Assembly (NCBI GenBank): GCA_049696835.1
Contig: JBAVUP010000161.1
Coordinates: forward strand, 8,726-72,725
Length of the DNA stretch: 64,000 nucleotides
Source of the DNA: Desulfobaccales bacterium
GTDB lineage: Bacteria; Desulfobacterota; Desulfobaccia; Desulfobaccales; 0-14-0-80-60-11
Direction: 5' to 3'
Numbering within the stretch: position 1 is the first letter of the stretch; every line of letters starts with the position of its first letter. A program made the translations under genes and the position numbers. The notes beneath the pieces were generated by a model. That model did not search any database and was not told the DNA's origin. It saw only the letters and a list, made by a program, of their open reading frames with translations. Below are positions 45,333 through 56,757 of this stretch, piece by piece.

Positions 45333-46298
45333 TCAGAAGTGATCGAACGGTATTCCCATGAGAAGCCTGAGATGGTCCTCCACGCATTCTTCCAAGACTT
45401 CCAGGTTATATCCGCCCTCCAGGACAGTAATGAGCCGGCCCGCGGCCGTCTCCTGGGCCAGGTCCAGGATCAACCGGCCCATGTGGCGATAACCTTCCCT
45501 CGTGAGCTTCATATGAGCCAGGGGGTCTTTCTCGTGGCCGTCAAACCCCGCGGAGATAAACACCAACTGGGGCGCAAACTGCCGCAACCGGGGCAGGGCT
45601 TCTTGGCGCAAGGCTTCCAGGTATTCCTCGTCGCCGCTGTAGGGCGGAAAAGGCAGGTTCATGGTATAGCCCTGGCCGGGACCCTTGCCAGTTTCCCGGC
45701 GATAGCCGGTGCCGGGATAACAATTCTGGGGGTCCTCGTGCAGGGAAAGATAAAAGACCCGGGGGTCGGATTCAAACATATGCTGGGTGCCGTTGCCGTG
45801 ATGGACGTCCCAATCCACGATGGCCACCCGTTCCAGCCCGTAGTTCTCCAGGGCGTAGAGCGCCCCCAGGGCCACGTTGTTAAAAAAGCAGAAGCCCAGG
45901 GCCCGGTCCCGTTCGGCGTGATGTCCGGGAGGTCGCACGGCGCAGAAAGCGTTTTCCACCTGGCCGCCCATCACCGCGTCCACCGCCGACATAACTCCCC
46001 CCGCGGCCAGCAGGGCAATGTCATAGGTTTGCCGGCAGATGCCGCAGTCAGGCACCCCAAAGATCCGGTTGCCCTTGACGCAGGCTGCCTTCAGCCGCTG
46101 GATATAGGCGGGATCGTGGAGCCGCTCCACCCAGGCCAGGGGGGCCTTATAGGGCTGGATGGCCACCACCAATTCCAGGAGGCTGGCCTCCTCGAGATTC
46201 TTCTGGATAGCTTTCAGACGGTCCGGGCGTTCAGGATGCCAGGAACCGGGGTCGTGGTGTAAATAACGCTCATCATAGACGTAGCCGGTACGACGCAT
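45333..46298 (-). CDS. Histone deacetylase-family (acetoin utilization/HDAC-like) deacetylase
   Basis: Contains RPPGHHA, DWDVHHGNGTQ and EGGY. The start is trimmed to MRRTGYVYDERY at 46298; the track ORF extends to 46472. Confidence 0.9.
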   Translation of the reverse strand: MRRTGYVYDERYLHHDPGSWHPERPDRLKAIQKNLEEASLLELVVAIQPYKAPLAWVERLHDPAYIQRLKAACVKGNRIFGVPDCGICRQTYDIALLAAGGVMSAVDAVMGGQVENAFCAVRPPGHHAERDRALGFCFFNNVALGALYALENYGLERVAIVDWDVHHGNGTQHMFESDPRVFYLSLHEDPQNCYPGTGYRRETGKGPGQGYTMNLPFPPYSGDEEYLEALRQEALPRLRQFAPQLVFISAGFDGHEKDPLAHMKLTREGYRHMGRLILDLAQETAAGRLITVLEGGYNLEVLEECVEDHLRLLMGIPFDHF

Positions 46299-46441
46299 GG
46301 TTCTCTCCCGGGTTACTGGTGTGCCCACCAGGATGGGCTGGACCAGAGTAACCCGGGGAGCAAGACGTTGTAAAGGAAATTTGGGCCGGGAGCAGGGACG
46401 CCGCGGCCCCTGACCCCTCGGACCGGGACGCAGTCTTCTCC

Positions 46442-47020
46442 TTACAACAGGCGTTTTTCCGCCACGTCCCACTTGATGTTTTTGAAGAAGGCCTCGATGT
46501 AGTCGGCTCTTTTCAGGCCATAATCGGTCATGAAGGCATGTTCAAAGACATCGAGGATCAGGATGGGGTTGCAGCCGGCGGGATGACCCACGTCATGTTC
46601 ATTAATCCACTGGTTAAAAATGAGGCCGGTCTCGATGTCCTGGTACATGATGACCCAACCGATGCCGCGCATGGTGGCGGTAGCCTTGAAATCCTTGGCG
46701 GCCATCTCTACAGAGCCGAATTGCTCCTGCTTTTTCTTCATGAGGTTCGGGGCCTTGGACATATCCCCGTCACCGCCTAAATTGGCGAAATAGAGTTCGT
46801 GCAGCCGCATGCCGTTGAACTCCCATCCCAGGCGGCGTTTCAACTCACCAAATTCGGGGGTGCCCTCCTTGCCCTCTTTGACCATGCTGGCTAGAAGTTC
46901 CATAACTTTATTGGTGTTGTTCACGTAGCCCTGGTAGAGGGTGAAATGATTCTGGAGGAGAGTGTCGCTAAAACCCGGCATCCCCAACAAAAAAGAGAAA
47001 TCTTTAGCTTTATAGGCCAT
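46442..47020 (-). CDS. sodB: Fe/Mn-family superoxide dismutase
   Basis: All four metal-ligand positions are recognisable (NHF, LHELYF, DVFEHAF). A good RBS (AAGGAG) is present. Confidence 0.8.
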   Translation of the reverse strand: MAYKAKDFSFLLGMPGFSDTLLQNHFTLYQGYVNNTNKVMELLASMVKEGKEGTPEFGELKRRLGWEFNGMRLHELYFANLGGDGDMSKAPNLMKKKQEQFGSVEMAAKDFKATATMRGIGWVIMYQDIETGLIFNQWINEHDVGHPAGCNPILILDVFEHAFMTDYGLKRADYIEAFFKNIKWDVAEKRLL

Positions 47021-47159
47021 ATGATCTCCTTCCTGGTCCTTAAGTCAAGACCGCATATTTAGTTTTTAAGATAGTATCGGGTTCAGCTGATGCAAGGCAC
47101 CGCCGGAAATTTCCCTCCGCACTTTCAAGTTTCCCCCGGGATTGCCGACATATTAATCG

Positions 47160-48824
47160 ATGGTCCAAGATAACAAATTTGCGGAGCCGGGACCACCATC
47201 GCCGCCGCAGCCTGGAGAGGCACACCTCCCGGCGGGCTGCCGCTGGGGTCAAGACACCCTTATCTTTCTGGAGACCTTGCTCGATCTGAGCCTCCGTTGT
47301 GCGGGGATCGTGGATGAACAAGGCATGGTGCGCTACGTCAACCCGGTGTGCAGGCATATCTACGGGATGGCCCCGGAGGCCATCACCGGCCGGCATTTCC
47401 GCGAGCTGTATGCCGACCATCAAGCCCTGAACCGGATGCTGGCCGCGGTGCGCCAGCACGGGCGGGTGGACGGCTGGCCCATCGATGCCCGGCGGGGCGA
47501 CGGCCAGTCGGTCCCGGTTAAGGTCACCCTGGTCCGCATCCGGAACGGGTCCTCCACCTTGGGCAGCGTAGCGATGATTCAAGACGCGCGAGCGCCCGAG
47601 GATCTGGTGCGCCAGTTACAACAGCAAGAGCTGACCTTGCTGAGCATGAATCGCAGCCTGGAGCTGGCCAACCTGGAAATGGCCCGGGCCAATCGTCTAA
47701 AAAGCGAATTCCTGGCCAACACCTCCCACGAACTACGCACTCCCCTCAACGCCATCCTGGGGTTTTTGCGTCTGGTGCTGGACGGCCTGTGCGATAACCC
47801 TGAAGAGGAGCGGCAGTTTCTCCACCATGCCTATGACAGCGCCCGGAATCTCCTCAACCTGATCAATGAACTTCTGGACAGCGCCAGGTTGGAGGCGGGC
47901 AAGCTGGAACTCCAGTTAACGGAAGTCAACGTCCACACGATCTTCGATCAGGTGAAAAAGCTGACCAGGTTGCAGGCGGAGCAGAAAAAATTGCGCTTGA
48001 CCTTTCGTACGCCCCGCCGCCAGGTTCTGGTGCGGGCGGACCCCGGCAAGCTGCAACAGATTCTCTTGAATTTAGTGGCCAATGCCATCAAGTTCACCGC
48101 CAAAGGCGAGGTGCGGGTCCAGGCCCGATCTTTCCCGGCCAAGGGGCACGTACGCTTTCAAGTACGGGATTCCGGGATCGGCATCCCCCCGGAGACCCAG
48201 GAGATCCTGTTCCAAAAATTCGTCCAGGCAGACGGCTCCTCCACCCGGCAATTCGGCGGCGCGGGTCTGGGATTGGCCATCTGTAAAAACCTGGTGGAAT
48301 TCATGGGGGGTCAGATCTGGCTGAGCAGCCCCGGCCCGGGGCAAGGCACCACGGCATCGTTCACGCTTCCCCTGGTAACCTCCCAATCCCTGTTTTGGCG
48401 TCGTACGGAGGATCGGGAACGGGGCTTCCAGGTCCAGGGGCCGCCAGAGGGCACCTTGATCCTCCTGGTGGAAGACGAACCCAAAGTCCTGGATGTCATG
48501 GCCCGCATTCTGCAAAAGCAAGGCTACCGCACGGCTTTTGCCATAACCGCCGACGACGGCCTGGAAGGAGCGCGCCGTCTGGAGCCCTCCTTGATTACGA
48601 TCGACATGGGGTTGCCGGTGCGTCCCCAAGGGGTGCTCCACAGCGGCATGGATCTGTACCATGCCCTGCAGAAAGATCCACAAACCGAGACCATCCCCGT
48701 GATCCTAGTCACCGGCCATGACGCCACCCTGAGCCAATCCCTGCACGATCTCCCTCCCCTCTTGATCAAACCCTTTCGAGCCCAGGAACTGGTGGAGAAG
48801 ATAGACCGGCTGGCCAGAGGGTAA
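47160..48824 (+). CDS. Hybrid sensor histidine kinase (PAS-HisKA-HATPase-REC)
   Basis: H-box [13 protein letters not shown] boxes ([26 protein letters not shown]) and a C-terminal receiver domain (ILLVEDEP). Confidence 0.9.
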   Translation: MVQDNKFAEPGPPSPPQPGEAHLPAGCRWGQDTLIFLETLLDLSLRCAGIVDEQGMVRYVNPVCRHIYGMAPEAITGRHFRELYADHQALNRMLAAVRQHGRVDGWPIDARRGDGQSVPVKVTLVRIRNGSSTLGSVAMIQDARAPEDLVRQLQQQELTLLSMNRSLELANLEMARANRLKSEFLANTSHELRTPLNAILGFLRLVLDGLCDNPEEERQFLHHAYDSARNLLNLINELLDSARLEAGKLELQLTEVNVHTIFDQVKKLTRLQAEQKKLRLTFRTPRRQVLVRADPGKLQQILLNLVANAIKFTAKGEVRVQARSFPAKGHVRFQVRDSGIGIPPETQEILFQKFVQADGSSTRQFGGAGLGLAICKNLVEFMGGQIWLSSPGPGQGTTASFTLPLVTSQSLFWRRTEDRERGFQVQGPPEGTLILLVEDEPKVLDVMARILQKQGYRTAFAITADDGLEGARRLEPSLITIDMGLPVRPQGVLHSGMDLYHALQKDPQTETIPVILVTGHDATLSQSLHDLPPLLIKPFRAQELVEKIDRLARG

Positions 48825-48851
48825 CCATGGATTGGCCGCAGGAGGAAGGAA

Positions 48852-49760
48852 ATGACTGACTACTCCCGGCAGCTTCGAGCCGGATGCCGGAGACTGCCCG
48901 AGTCCTCTACGCATCACATACTAGTGATCGATGATGACCCGGCTTGTCTCCAGATTCTGAAGAAATTTTTGGAAAAAGACGGCTACCGGGTGGTTTGCGT
49001 CCCCGATGGACCCCGGGCGCTGGCCCAGGCCCGCACGCAAAAGCCGGATCTGATCATCTGCGACTGGATGATGCCGGGCATGGATGGACCCCAAGTCTGC
49101 CAGGCCTTTAAGTCGAACCCCGCCCTCAAGGACAGCTTTTTCATTTTCCTCACCGCCCTGGAAAAGAGATATATCGGCGATGGTATCGCCCATGGGGCTG
49201 ACGACTTCATCACCAAGCCCATTGATCCTGTAGAGGTGCGCGCCAAGGTCAAAGCGGGACTGCGGCTGTCTCAAACCCAAAAAACCCTCCTGGCTCAAGC
49301 CCAGCGGGACGGTCTCACTGGCGCGTATAATCGGCGCTATTGGGATGGTGTCCTGCGGCGGGCTTGCCAGGGCACCAGGCCGTTTCTGGTGTCCATCGCG
49401 GATGTGGACGGATTCAAAGCCATCAATGACCACTGGGGGCATCAGTTGGGTGACATCTTCTTAATCCAACTGGCCCGCATCTGGTCGGCAAAAATGCAAG
49501 AGGGGGAAGTGCTGGCGCGCCTGGGCGGGGATGAATTTGTTTGCCTTTTACACAGCCCTCTCTCCCGTCTGCACCTCTTGCGGCAACAGGTGGAGCAGGA
49601 GCTGGCCGCGGCCTTTCCGGAACTCCCGGTGGGCCTGTCTCTGGGTTACGCCCGCTTCCATCCCCATAAACCGATCAGCGCCGCTGACCTCTTGACTCAG
49701 GCGGACCGCCGGCTTTACCGGGACAAAAACCGTCGCCGGAGCGCCAGGAAACAGCCATAG
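48852..49760 (+). CDS. Response regulator with GGDEF diguanylate cyclase output
   Basis: REC domain (ILVIDDDP, DWMMPGMDG, K at FITKP) plus GGDEF (RLGGDEFVCLL). Confidence 0.9.
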   Translation: MTDYSRQLRAGCRRLPESSTHHILVIDDDPACLQILKKFLEKDGYRVVCVPDGPRALAQARTQKPDLIICDWMMPGMDGPQVCQAFKSNPALKDSFFIFLTALEKRYIGDGIAHGADDFITKPIDPVEVRAKVKAGLRLSQTQKTLLAQAQRDGLTGAYNRRYWDGVLRRACQGTRPFLVSIADVDGFKAINDHWGHQLGDIFLIQLARIWSAKMQEGEVLARLGGDEFVCLLHSPLSRLHLLRQQVEQELAAAFPELPVGLSLGYARFHPHKPISAADLLTQADRRLYRDKNRRRSARKQP

Positions 49761-49973
49761 CCGTTCACGCCGTCATCCCCTTGGAACCTCATACCCATCC
49801 CTGCAACGACCAGTCGCGTAATTTCCTTAAGGTGAACTGAAATCACGGACCAGCGCGGCGGCATGCCGCCGGCCGGATGACGGCTGCGCCTCCCGACGGC
49901 CTTCCCGGCTCTCTCCGGGTGCCTTTTCATTGCATCGGCAGGCGAGATTCAGTATAGTAATTAATCTTAGGGC

Positions 49974-50237
49974 TTAGTCGGGGGAATCCAGGTCTTCGGC
50001 ATCCAGGAGGCCCTGCTGAATCATGGCCTTTTCCAATTCGGCCAGGGCCTGTTTGAAGGCTGGATAGAGTCCCACCGCGATGGAGACTCCCTTGCGGGTG
50101 GGCACCCAGTCTCCTTCTTGATCCCCCGGCACATGCACCCGAATATCGATGAGGCGATGACCTTTATACTCGGACAGGGAAAGGAAGATCACTTCCCGGG
50201 CGTTCTTGGTAACCTGACTGATGATGTCGGACATCAT
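49974..50237 (-). CDS. PC4/YdbC-like ssDNA-binding transcriptional coactivator family protein
   Basis: Shows the EVIFLSLSEYKGHRLIDIRVHV...WVPTRKGVSI pattern. RBS is GGGGGA. Confidence 0.7.
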   Translation of the reverse strand: MMSDIISQVTKNAREVIFLSLSEYKGHRLIDIRVHVPGDQEGDWVPTRKGVSIAVGLYPAFKQALAELEKAMIQQGLLDAEDLDSPD

Positions 50238-50323
50238 TTCCCCCTTGCTGGCTGCCTTAACCGGCAGACTGACTGGAGATTGACTTCGCCTAAATTCCCG
50301 ACCTTGTCAACCCCCTTTTTCCT

Positions 50324-51799
50324 ATGCAACTGTATAATACCTTAAGCAGACGCAAAGAATCCTTCAAGCCCCTCACCCCGGGAAAAGTGGGGATGTATGC
50401 CTGCGGGGTGACGGTTTACGATGACTGCCACCTGGGCCACGCCCGCTCCTCCGTGGCCTTTGAGGTCCTGGTCCGCTACCTGCGGCGCCGGGGGTTTCAG
50501 GTCACCTGGGTGCGCAATTTTACCGACATAGATGACAAGATCATCCGCCGGGCTCAGGAACTGGGCCTATCCTGGAAGGAAGTGGCTGAGCGCTACATCG
50601 CTTCTTTCCAGGAGGACATGGCCGCCTTGGGCCTGCCGCCGGCTGAAATCGAACCCAAGGCCACGGAGCATATCCCCCAGATCATCGACCTCATCCGGCG
50701 CTTGGAGGAGCGCGGCTTTGCCTATGCCGGCGGCGGCGACGTCTTTTTCCGGGTGCGGCGCTTCCCGGGCTATGGCAAGCTGTCGGGGCAGAAGATAGAG
50801 GATATGGCAGTCGGGACCCGCATCGAGGTGGACCCCAACAAGGAAGACCCCCTGGATTTTGTCCTGTGGAAGGGCAGCAAGCCCGGAGAACCGGCCTGGG
50901 ACAGCCCCTGGGGACCAGGGCGGCCGGGCTGGCACATCGAGTGCTCCGCCATGAGCATGCACTACCTGGGGGAGACCTTCGACCTGCACGGCGGCGGCCA
51001 GGATCTGGTATTTCCGCACCATGAAAATGAACTGGCCCAGTCGGAAGCGGCCACGGGCAAGCCCTTTGCCCGCTACTGGCTGCACCACGGCCTCCTCACC
51101 CTCGACCAGGAAAAGATGTCCAAGTCCCTGGGGAATTTCTTCACGGTGAAGGAGGTGTTGGCCCGCTTCCCCGCGGAGGTGGTGCGCTTCTTCCTGATCA
51201 ACTGCCACTATCGCAGTCCCCTGGATTTTTCCGACACGGCCCTGGCCGAAGCGGAGACCGCGCTGCTGCGCCTCTATGCCTGCCTGGCCCGGATGCAGGA
51301 AGTGCTGCGGCCATACCCGGACCTGAAGCCCCAACACCCCGTCGACACCTATCCCGACAACCTCACCTTGGAGGAATTTCACCGCTTCGGCTCCCTGCGG
51401 GCCCGCTTCGACGCCGCCATGGATGACGATCTCAATACCGCCCAGGCTCTGGGCTACCTGTTCGAGACCGTGCGCCTGCTCAATCGCCTCCTGGAGTCGC
51501 CGTCCTCCGACCCGGGCTATCTCACCATCCTCCGGGAAATGTACGACGAACTGCTGGACCTGGGCCGGGTGCTGAACCTCCTCCAGGCTGACCCCCAGAC
51601 CATGGTCACCACCCTGCGGCAAAAAGCCGCTGAGCTGAAGCTCTCCCCGGAAGAAATCGAACAACTCATCCAGGCACGGACCGAGGCCCGAACAAACAAG
51701 GACTGGAACCGCGCCGACGCCATCCGCCAACAATTGCTGGGCCTGGATATCCTCCTGGAAGATACGCCCCAGGGGACCATCTGGAAGGTCAAGAGCTGA
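50324..51799 (+). CDS. cysS: Cysteine--tRNA ligase
   Basis: HIGH-type CHLGHA, the KMSKS motif, and the zinc-site region around WHIECS. Confidence 0.95.
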   Translation: MQLYNTLSRRKESFKPLTPGKVGMYACGVTVYDDCHLGHARSSVAFEVLVRYLRRRGFQVTWVRNFTDIDDKIIRRAQELGLSWKEVAERYIASFQEDMAALGLPPAEIEPKATEHIPQIIDLIRRLEERGFAYAGGGDVFFRVRRFPGYGKLSGQKIEDMAVGTRIEVDPNKEDPLDFVLWKGSKPGEPAWDSPWGPGRPGWHIECSAMSMHYLGETFDLHGGGQDLVFPHHENELAQSEAATGKPFARYWLHHGLLTLDQEKMSKSLGNFFTVKEVLARFPAEVVRFFLINCHYRSPLDFSDTALAEAETALLRLYACLARMQEVLRPYPDLKPQHPVDTYPDNLTLEEFHRFGSLRARFDAAMDDDLNTAQALGYLFETVRLLNRLLESPSSDPGYLTILREMYDELLDLGRVLNLLQADPQTMVTTLRQKAAELKLSPEEIEQLIQARTEARTNKDWNRADAIRQQLLGLDILLEDTPQGTIWKVKS

Positions 51800-52015
51800 G
51801 AAAATATTTCCCCTTTTGTGGGTCGGGCTCTTACGAGCCCTGACCAGCAAGAGCAGTAATTCATTGGGGGGAGGGCCATGGGCTGTTTTGTAAGGGGCCC
51901 CTGCCCCTCCCTCAAGCCCCCCTTCCAACCCCCAGAAGGAGGGCCATCCACGGCCCAAGAGAGGTAATAGACGAAACCGAGAATCACCCCCATTAATTTT
52001 ACAGGAGGGTTTTTT

Positions 52016-52300
52016 ATGGCCACTTTTTTGATGTTCGGCAAGTACTCGGCGGAAGGCGTTAAGGGCATCAGCTCTCAACGGACCAAGAAGGCGGTGGACT
52101 TGATCAAAAAACAGAAGGGCCAGGTCAAGGCTATGTACGCCATGCTGGGCATGGCCGACCTGCTCCTCATCGTGGACTTACCGGGGGTGGAGGCGGCCAT
52201 GCAGACCTCCGTGGCCCTGGGCAAAATGACCGGCATCAGCTTCTGCACCTCGCCCGCCATGACCGTGGAAGAATTCGACAAACTGATGGGCGAGAAGTAA
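52016..52300 (+). CDS. GYD-domain protein
   Basis: 94 aa, with the FLMFGKYS.EG.KGIS....K.....K..G.VKAMYAMLG..DLLLIVD pattern. RBS is AGGAGGG. Confidence 0.75.
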   Translation: MATFLMFGKYSAEGVKGISSQRTKKAVDLIKKQKGQVKAMYAMLGMADLLLIVDLPGVEAAMQTSVALGKMTGISFCTSPAMTVEEFDKLMGEK

Positions 52301-52376
52301 GGGGAAGATAAGTTGATTGCGGGCAGGCGGGGTTGCCACGCCCCGCCTTACCCGGCTTTTTGGCGCTCACCATTAA

Positions 52377-52413
52377 GGGATTGGGGGTGGGGGTCTGGGG
52401 GAGGGGGTAAGGG
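52377..52413 (+). other. G-quadruplex-forming motif
   Basis: GGG-att-GGGGG-t-GGGGG-tct-GGGGG-a-GGGGG-taa-GGG: six G-runs with loops of 1-3 nt. A mirrored C-run tract lies at about 51895-51935. Confidence 0.6.
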
Positions 52414-52538
52414 CACTTACAAAAAGCCCTTAGCCCCATCCCCCAGTTTCTTAGCGGAAAGACTAAGGCCGCAGGCCTTAGCTCTTTCCTGCAAAAAATG
52501 TTATCTTTTCTTATACCTAATTCCGATTTAACCTTAGT

Positions 52539-54533
52539 ATGCCCGACCAATTCCACTTAGTCACCTCCTTTACGCCCAAGGGCGACCAGCCCCAGGCCAT
52601 CCGCAAGCTGGCGGCGGGGGTGCGGTCCGGTCATTCCCACCAGGTATTGTTGGGGGTTACCGGCTCCGGGAAGACGTTTACGATCGCCAACGTTATCGCC
52701 CAGGAGAATCTGCCCACGTTGGTGCTCGCCCCCAACAAGACCCTGGCGGCCCAGCTGTACGGCGAATTCCAGGATTTCTTCCCGCACAACGCGGTGGAGT
52801 ATTTTGTCAGCTACTACGATTATTATCAGCCGGAGGCCTATGTGCCCCAGGCCGACCTCTATATCGAGAAGGATTCCTCCATCAACGAAGCCATCGACCG
52901 GATGCGCCATTCCGCCACCCGGTCGCTGTTCGACCGCAATGACGTGATCATTGTGGCCTCCGTGTCCTGCATTTACGGCTTGGGCTCCCCCGAGGCTTAC
53001 CACGGCATGCTGCTCTACCTGGAAGAGGGTATGGAGAAAGACCGGCGGGAGGTCCTGAGCAAGCTGGTCGAAATCTTATACGAGAGAAACGACATGGATT
53101 TTCACCGGGGCACCTTTCGGGTGCGGGGGGATCGCGTGGAGATCTTTCCGGCTTATGAAGAGGACCGGGCCATCCGGGTAGAGTTCTGGGGCGACACGGT
53201 GGAGGCCATCCGGGAGATCGACCCTCTCCGAGGCCAGACCATACGCTCTCTGAAGAAGATAACGGTCTATCCCGCCTCCCACTATGTCACGCCGGACCTG
53301 GTGCGCCGCCAGGCCATGGCCGCCATCGAGGCGGAGTTGGGCGAGCGGCTGGCCTGGTTTCGGGAGCAGGGGAAGCTCCTGGAGGCCCAGCGCCTGGAGG
53401 AGCGCACCCGCTTCGATCTGGAGATGATGAAAGAGCTGGGTTACTGCCATGGTATCGAGAACTATTCCCGCCACCTCACGGGCCGAGCCCCGGGGGAGCC
53501 TCCCCCTACCCTGCTGGACTATCTGCCCCGGGAGTCCCTGGTGGTTATCGATGAGTCCCACATCACCATGCCCCAGCTCCATGGGATGTTCCGGGGGGAC
53601 CGCTCCCGCAAGCAGACGCTGGTGGACTATGGCTTCCGCCTGCCGTCGGCCCTGGACAACCGCCCTTTGAGTTTTGAGGAATTCGAGACCCGGGTGCGGC
53701 AGCTCATCTATGTTTCGGCCACTCCCGGCCCCTATGAGATTCAGAAGGCCAAGGGCCGGATCGTCGAGCAGATCGTGCGCCCTACTGGTCTCATGGACCC
53801 GGAGATCCTCGTCAAACCCGCGGCCAACCAGGTGGACGACCTCTTAGGGGAGATCCGGGTCCGTCTGGCCCGGGGGCACCGGGTGCTGGTCACCACCCTG
53901 ACCAAGCGCATGGCCGAAGACCTCACCGAGTACTACCAGGACCTGGGCCTCAAGGTGCGGTATCTCCATTCCGATATCACTACGTTGGAACGCATGGAGA
54001 TCATTCGGGATTTGCGCCTGGGGGTCTTTGACGTCCTCATCGGCATTAACCTGCTGCGCGAGGGGCTGGATCTGCCGGAAGTCTCCCTGGTGGCGATTCT
54101 GGATTCGGACAAAGAAGGCTTTCTGCGCTCGGAGCGCTCCCTCATCCAGACCTGCGGGCGGGCCGCCCGCAACGTCCATGGCCAGGTCATGTTTTACGCC
54201 GACCACGTTACCCCGTCGATGGCCGCGGCCATCGGGGAAACCAACCGGCGGCGGCACCTCCAGGACACCTACAACCGGGAGCACGGCATCACCCCGGAGT
54301 CCATCCAGAGCAAGATCAAAGACGTGCTGGCCTCGGTGTACGAGGCCGATTACGTCACGGTACCCCTGGCGGCGGAGGAACAGGCGCCGTATCTGGTGGA
54401 CAACCATCCCGCCACCATTAAACGCTTGAAAAAGGAGATGCAGGCCGCGGCCAAGAAGCAGGAGTTCGAGCGGGCCGCGATCCTGCGGGACCGCATCCGG
54501 GCCCTGGAGGCGGAGAATCTGAAGTATTCCTGA
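52539..54533 (+). CDS. uvrB: Excinuclease ABC subunit B
   Basis: [14 protein letters not shown], helicase motifs and a C-terminal UVR domain ([15 protein letters not shown]). Confidence 0.96.
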   Translation: MPDQFHLVTSFTPKGDQPQAIRKLAAGVRSGHSHQVLLGVTGSGKTFTIANVIAQENLPTLVLAPNKTLAAQLYGEFQDFFPHNAVEYFVSYYDYYQPEAYVPQADLYIEKDSSINEAIDRMRHSATRSLFDRNDVIIVASVSCIYGLGSPEAYHGMLLYLEEGMEKDRREVLSKLVEILYERNDMDFHRGTFRVRGDRVEIFPAYEEDRAIRVEFWGDTVEAIREIDPLRGQTIRSLKKITVYPASHYVTPDLVRRQAMAAIEAELGERLAWFREQGKLLEAQRLEERTRFDLEMMKELGYCHGIENYSRHLTGRAPGEPPPTLLDYLPRESLVVIDESHITMPQLHGMFRGDRSRKQTLVDYGFRLPSALDNRPLSFEEFETRVRQLIYVSATPGPYEIQKAKGRIVEQIVRPTGLMDPEILVKPAANQVDDLLGEIRVRLARGHRVLVTTLTKRMAEDLTEYYQDLGLKVRYLHSDITTLERMEIIRDLRLGVFDVLIGINLLREGLDLPEVSLVAILDSDKEGFLRSERSLIQTCGRAARNVHGQVMFYADHVTPSMAAAIGETNRRRHLQDTYNREHGITPESIQSKIKDVLASVYEADYVTVPLAAEEQAPYLVDNHPATIKRLKKEMQAAAKKQEFERAAILRDRIRALEAENLKYS

Positions 54534-54631
54534 AAACAGGGTTCAGGGGTTATCGCTTAGGGTTAGGAATCCGTGGGGTGCACATCGCGCCCCTGGTTTT
54601 TTCTTGCAAGAAGGGCGGGGGACGCCGGTTG

Positions 54632-55744
54632 TCAGTCTTTTTTACCCCTGATCCCCTTTTCCTTTCCTGCCATACCCTTGACCCCCTCTAGGTCGCCGGA
54701 ATCCTCCAGCCTGAGAAACTCTGCCAGGAGTTGTTTTTGTTTGTCGGAAAGCCAAATAGGGGTTTGCAGGTCCGCGATCACCACCAAATCCCCGGGGGCC
54801 TTGCCCCGCAGGCAGGGCAAGCCCAGGCCGGGCAAGCGGAAGGTGGCCCCGGGCTGAGTGCCGGGGGGAATCGCCAGGCTGGTTTGGGCGGTCAGGGTGG
54901 GAACCTCCACTTCCGTCCCCAAGGTGGCTTCCACGAAAGAGAGTTGGGTCCGATAATAGAGATCCTTCCCCTTGCGAGTGAAGACGGGATGAGGGGTGAC
55001 ATACATTTCCAGGTAGAGGTCACCCGGCGGCGCCCCGTTGATTCCTGCTTCGCCTTCGCCCCGGAGCCGCAGGCGGGTGCCCGTATCCACCCCGGGGGGG
55101 ATGCGCACCTGGATCTGCGTCTTTTCTTTGGTGATCCCGGTTCCCTGGCAGGCGGCACAGGGAGAGGCGATGACGGTGCCGACCCCCTGGCATTGCGGGC
55201 AGGTATTGAGGATTTTTAGGAGCCCCTTGGACTGGCTCACCTGGCCCGTACCCTGGCAGAGGGGGCAGGCAAGGCGCTGGCTCCCGGGTTCGGCCCCACT
55301 GCCCTGACAGCGGCGGCAAGGGGCGCGCCGTTCCACGCTCAAGGCGGTGTTCAGGCCCCGGGCGACGTCATCCAGGGTCACCACCACCCGCTGCCGCAGG
55401 TCGGCGCCGGGGTGGGGCTCATCCGGCCGGCCGGGGCCACGCCCGAACCCGAAGAAATCCTCGAAGGCCTCCCCGAAGGAGCTGAAGATATCCTCGAAGC
55501 CGTTGAAACCGCCCACATCCAGGCCCGCCAACCCGGCATCGCCATAGAGGTCGTAAAGCTGGCGCTTTTCCGAGTCGGCCAGCACCTGGTAGGCCTGGGA
55601 AATCTGCTTGAATTGATCCTCCGCCACCCTATCGCCGGGGTTCTTGTCCGGGTGATACCTGAGAGCCAACCGCCGGTAGGCGATCTTGATTTCGTCCAGC
55701 GTGGCCTCTCGCGAGACCTCGAGGATCTCGTAATAATTCCTCAT
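54632..55744 (-). CDS. dnaJ: Molecular chaperone DnaJ
   Basis: J-domain [34 protein letters not shown], a G/F-like region and four Cys pairs (three CxxCxGxG plus the variant CRRCQGSG). Confidence 0.92.
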   Translation of the reverse strand: MRNYYEILEVSREATLDEIKIAYRRLALRYHPDKNPGDRVAEDQFKQISQAYQVLADSEKRQLYDLYGDAGLAGLDVGGFNGFEDIFSSFGEAFEDFFGFGRGPGRPDEPHPGADLRQRVVVTLDDVARGLNTALSVERRAPCRRCQGSGAEPGSQRLACPLCQGTGQVSQSKGLLKILNTCPQCQGVGTVIASPCAACQGTGITKEKTQIQVRIPPGVDTGTRLRLRGEGEAGINGAPPGDLYLEMYVTPHPVFTRKGKDLYYRTQLSFVEATLGTEVEVPTLTAQTSLAIPPGTQPGATFRLPGLGLPCLRGKAPGDLVVIADLQTPIWLSDKQKQLLAEFLRLEDSGDLEGVKGMAGKEKGIRGKKD

Positions 55745-55870
55745 CCCGAAGTGACCGTAACCCCTTGAGGATTAAAGATGGCTTTTCACCTTGACATATG
55801 CCCTTAAATGTGAGCATCGGTCTACCCCTTGTCAAGGACGGCGGCAGGATGTTGGCGGGGAGCCGGCGGT

Positions 55871-56176
55871 TTACTCGGAGTGGGGAACCAGTCGGCGGAG
55901 GCGATCCGTCAGGTCCGGGGACAGGTCGTGGACGGCCACCACTTTGGCCCGGCTCTGGGCGCCCAGGGTGAGTTTTAGGGCATGCTTGGGGAGGTCAAGG
56001 CTGCGGGCCAGAAAGGCGATGAGTTCCCGGTTGGCCGCGCCTTTTTCCGGGGGCGCGGCCAGGCGCACTTTGAGGCGGTCGCCGTGCAGCCCTACCACCT
56101 GGGTACGCTGGGCCCCGGGCACCACCGTCAGGCGCAGCACATATCCCTGGCGGGTGGGTTGAAAAAAGGGGGCCAT
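55871..56176 (-). CDS. yggU: YggU/DUF167-family protein
   Basis: LKVRLAAPPEKGAANRELIAFLA motif. It is adjacent to yggT, as in many bacteria. Confidence 0.85.
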   Translation of the reverse strand: MAPFFQPTRQGYVLRLTVVPGAQRTQVVGLHGDRLKVRLAAPPEKGAANRELIAFLARSLDLPKHALKLTLGAQSRAKVVAVHDLSPDLTDRLRRLVPHSE

Positions 56177-56194
56177 GGAGCGGCAGAGACCCGG

Positions 56195-56494
56195 TCAGCC
56201 TAGGCGCTGGGCCAGGTCCCAGAGGGTGGAGACCAGGAAGCGCTGCAGGAATACAATGGCCAGCAACACCAGGATGGGGGAGAGGTCAAGACCGCCGAAG
56301 ATCAAGGGGACCCGGCCCCGGACCCATCCCAGCACCGGCTCCGTGATGTTGTAGAGGAACCGGACGATGGGATTATAGGGGTCGGGATTGACCCAGGAGA
56401 GCAGGGCCCGGGCGATAATGATCCACATGTACACGGTCAGGGCCAGATCCAGGATGGAGGTCAGGGCTTCGAGCAGGTGTTTCACGGCAAACAT
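56195..56494 (-). CDS. yggT: YggT-family membrane protein
   Basis: IIIARALLSWVNPDPYNPIVRFLYNITEP motif. The start is trimmed to MFAVKH at 56494. Confidence 0.85.
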   Translation of the reverse strand: MFAVKHLLEALTSILDLALTVYMWIIIARALLSWVNPDPYNPIVRFLYNITEPVLGWVRGRVPLIFGGLDLSPILVLLAIVFLQRFLVSTLWDLAQRLG

Positions 56495-56757
56495 TCCCCA
56501 GGTCTCCGCAATCGTAAGTATTTCATATCTATATAGGCTCCGGACCGGGTACTTGTCAAGGCCTGACCGCCGGCGCGGCGCCGGGATCCCGCGCCACCGG
56601 GGCCAGCCGGGTTTCGTCAATGTTCTAAGGTTCCGACGCAACCCATTGCGGAAGTGCGGGTCTTTTTCTAAAATTGACAGTACGGCTTATGGTCTGGCCC
56701 GGGTAGTTCGCCTCCCGGCTGACGTCGGCCGGTAAATCCTGGCGGGAGAACATCGAG

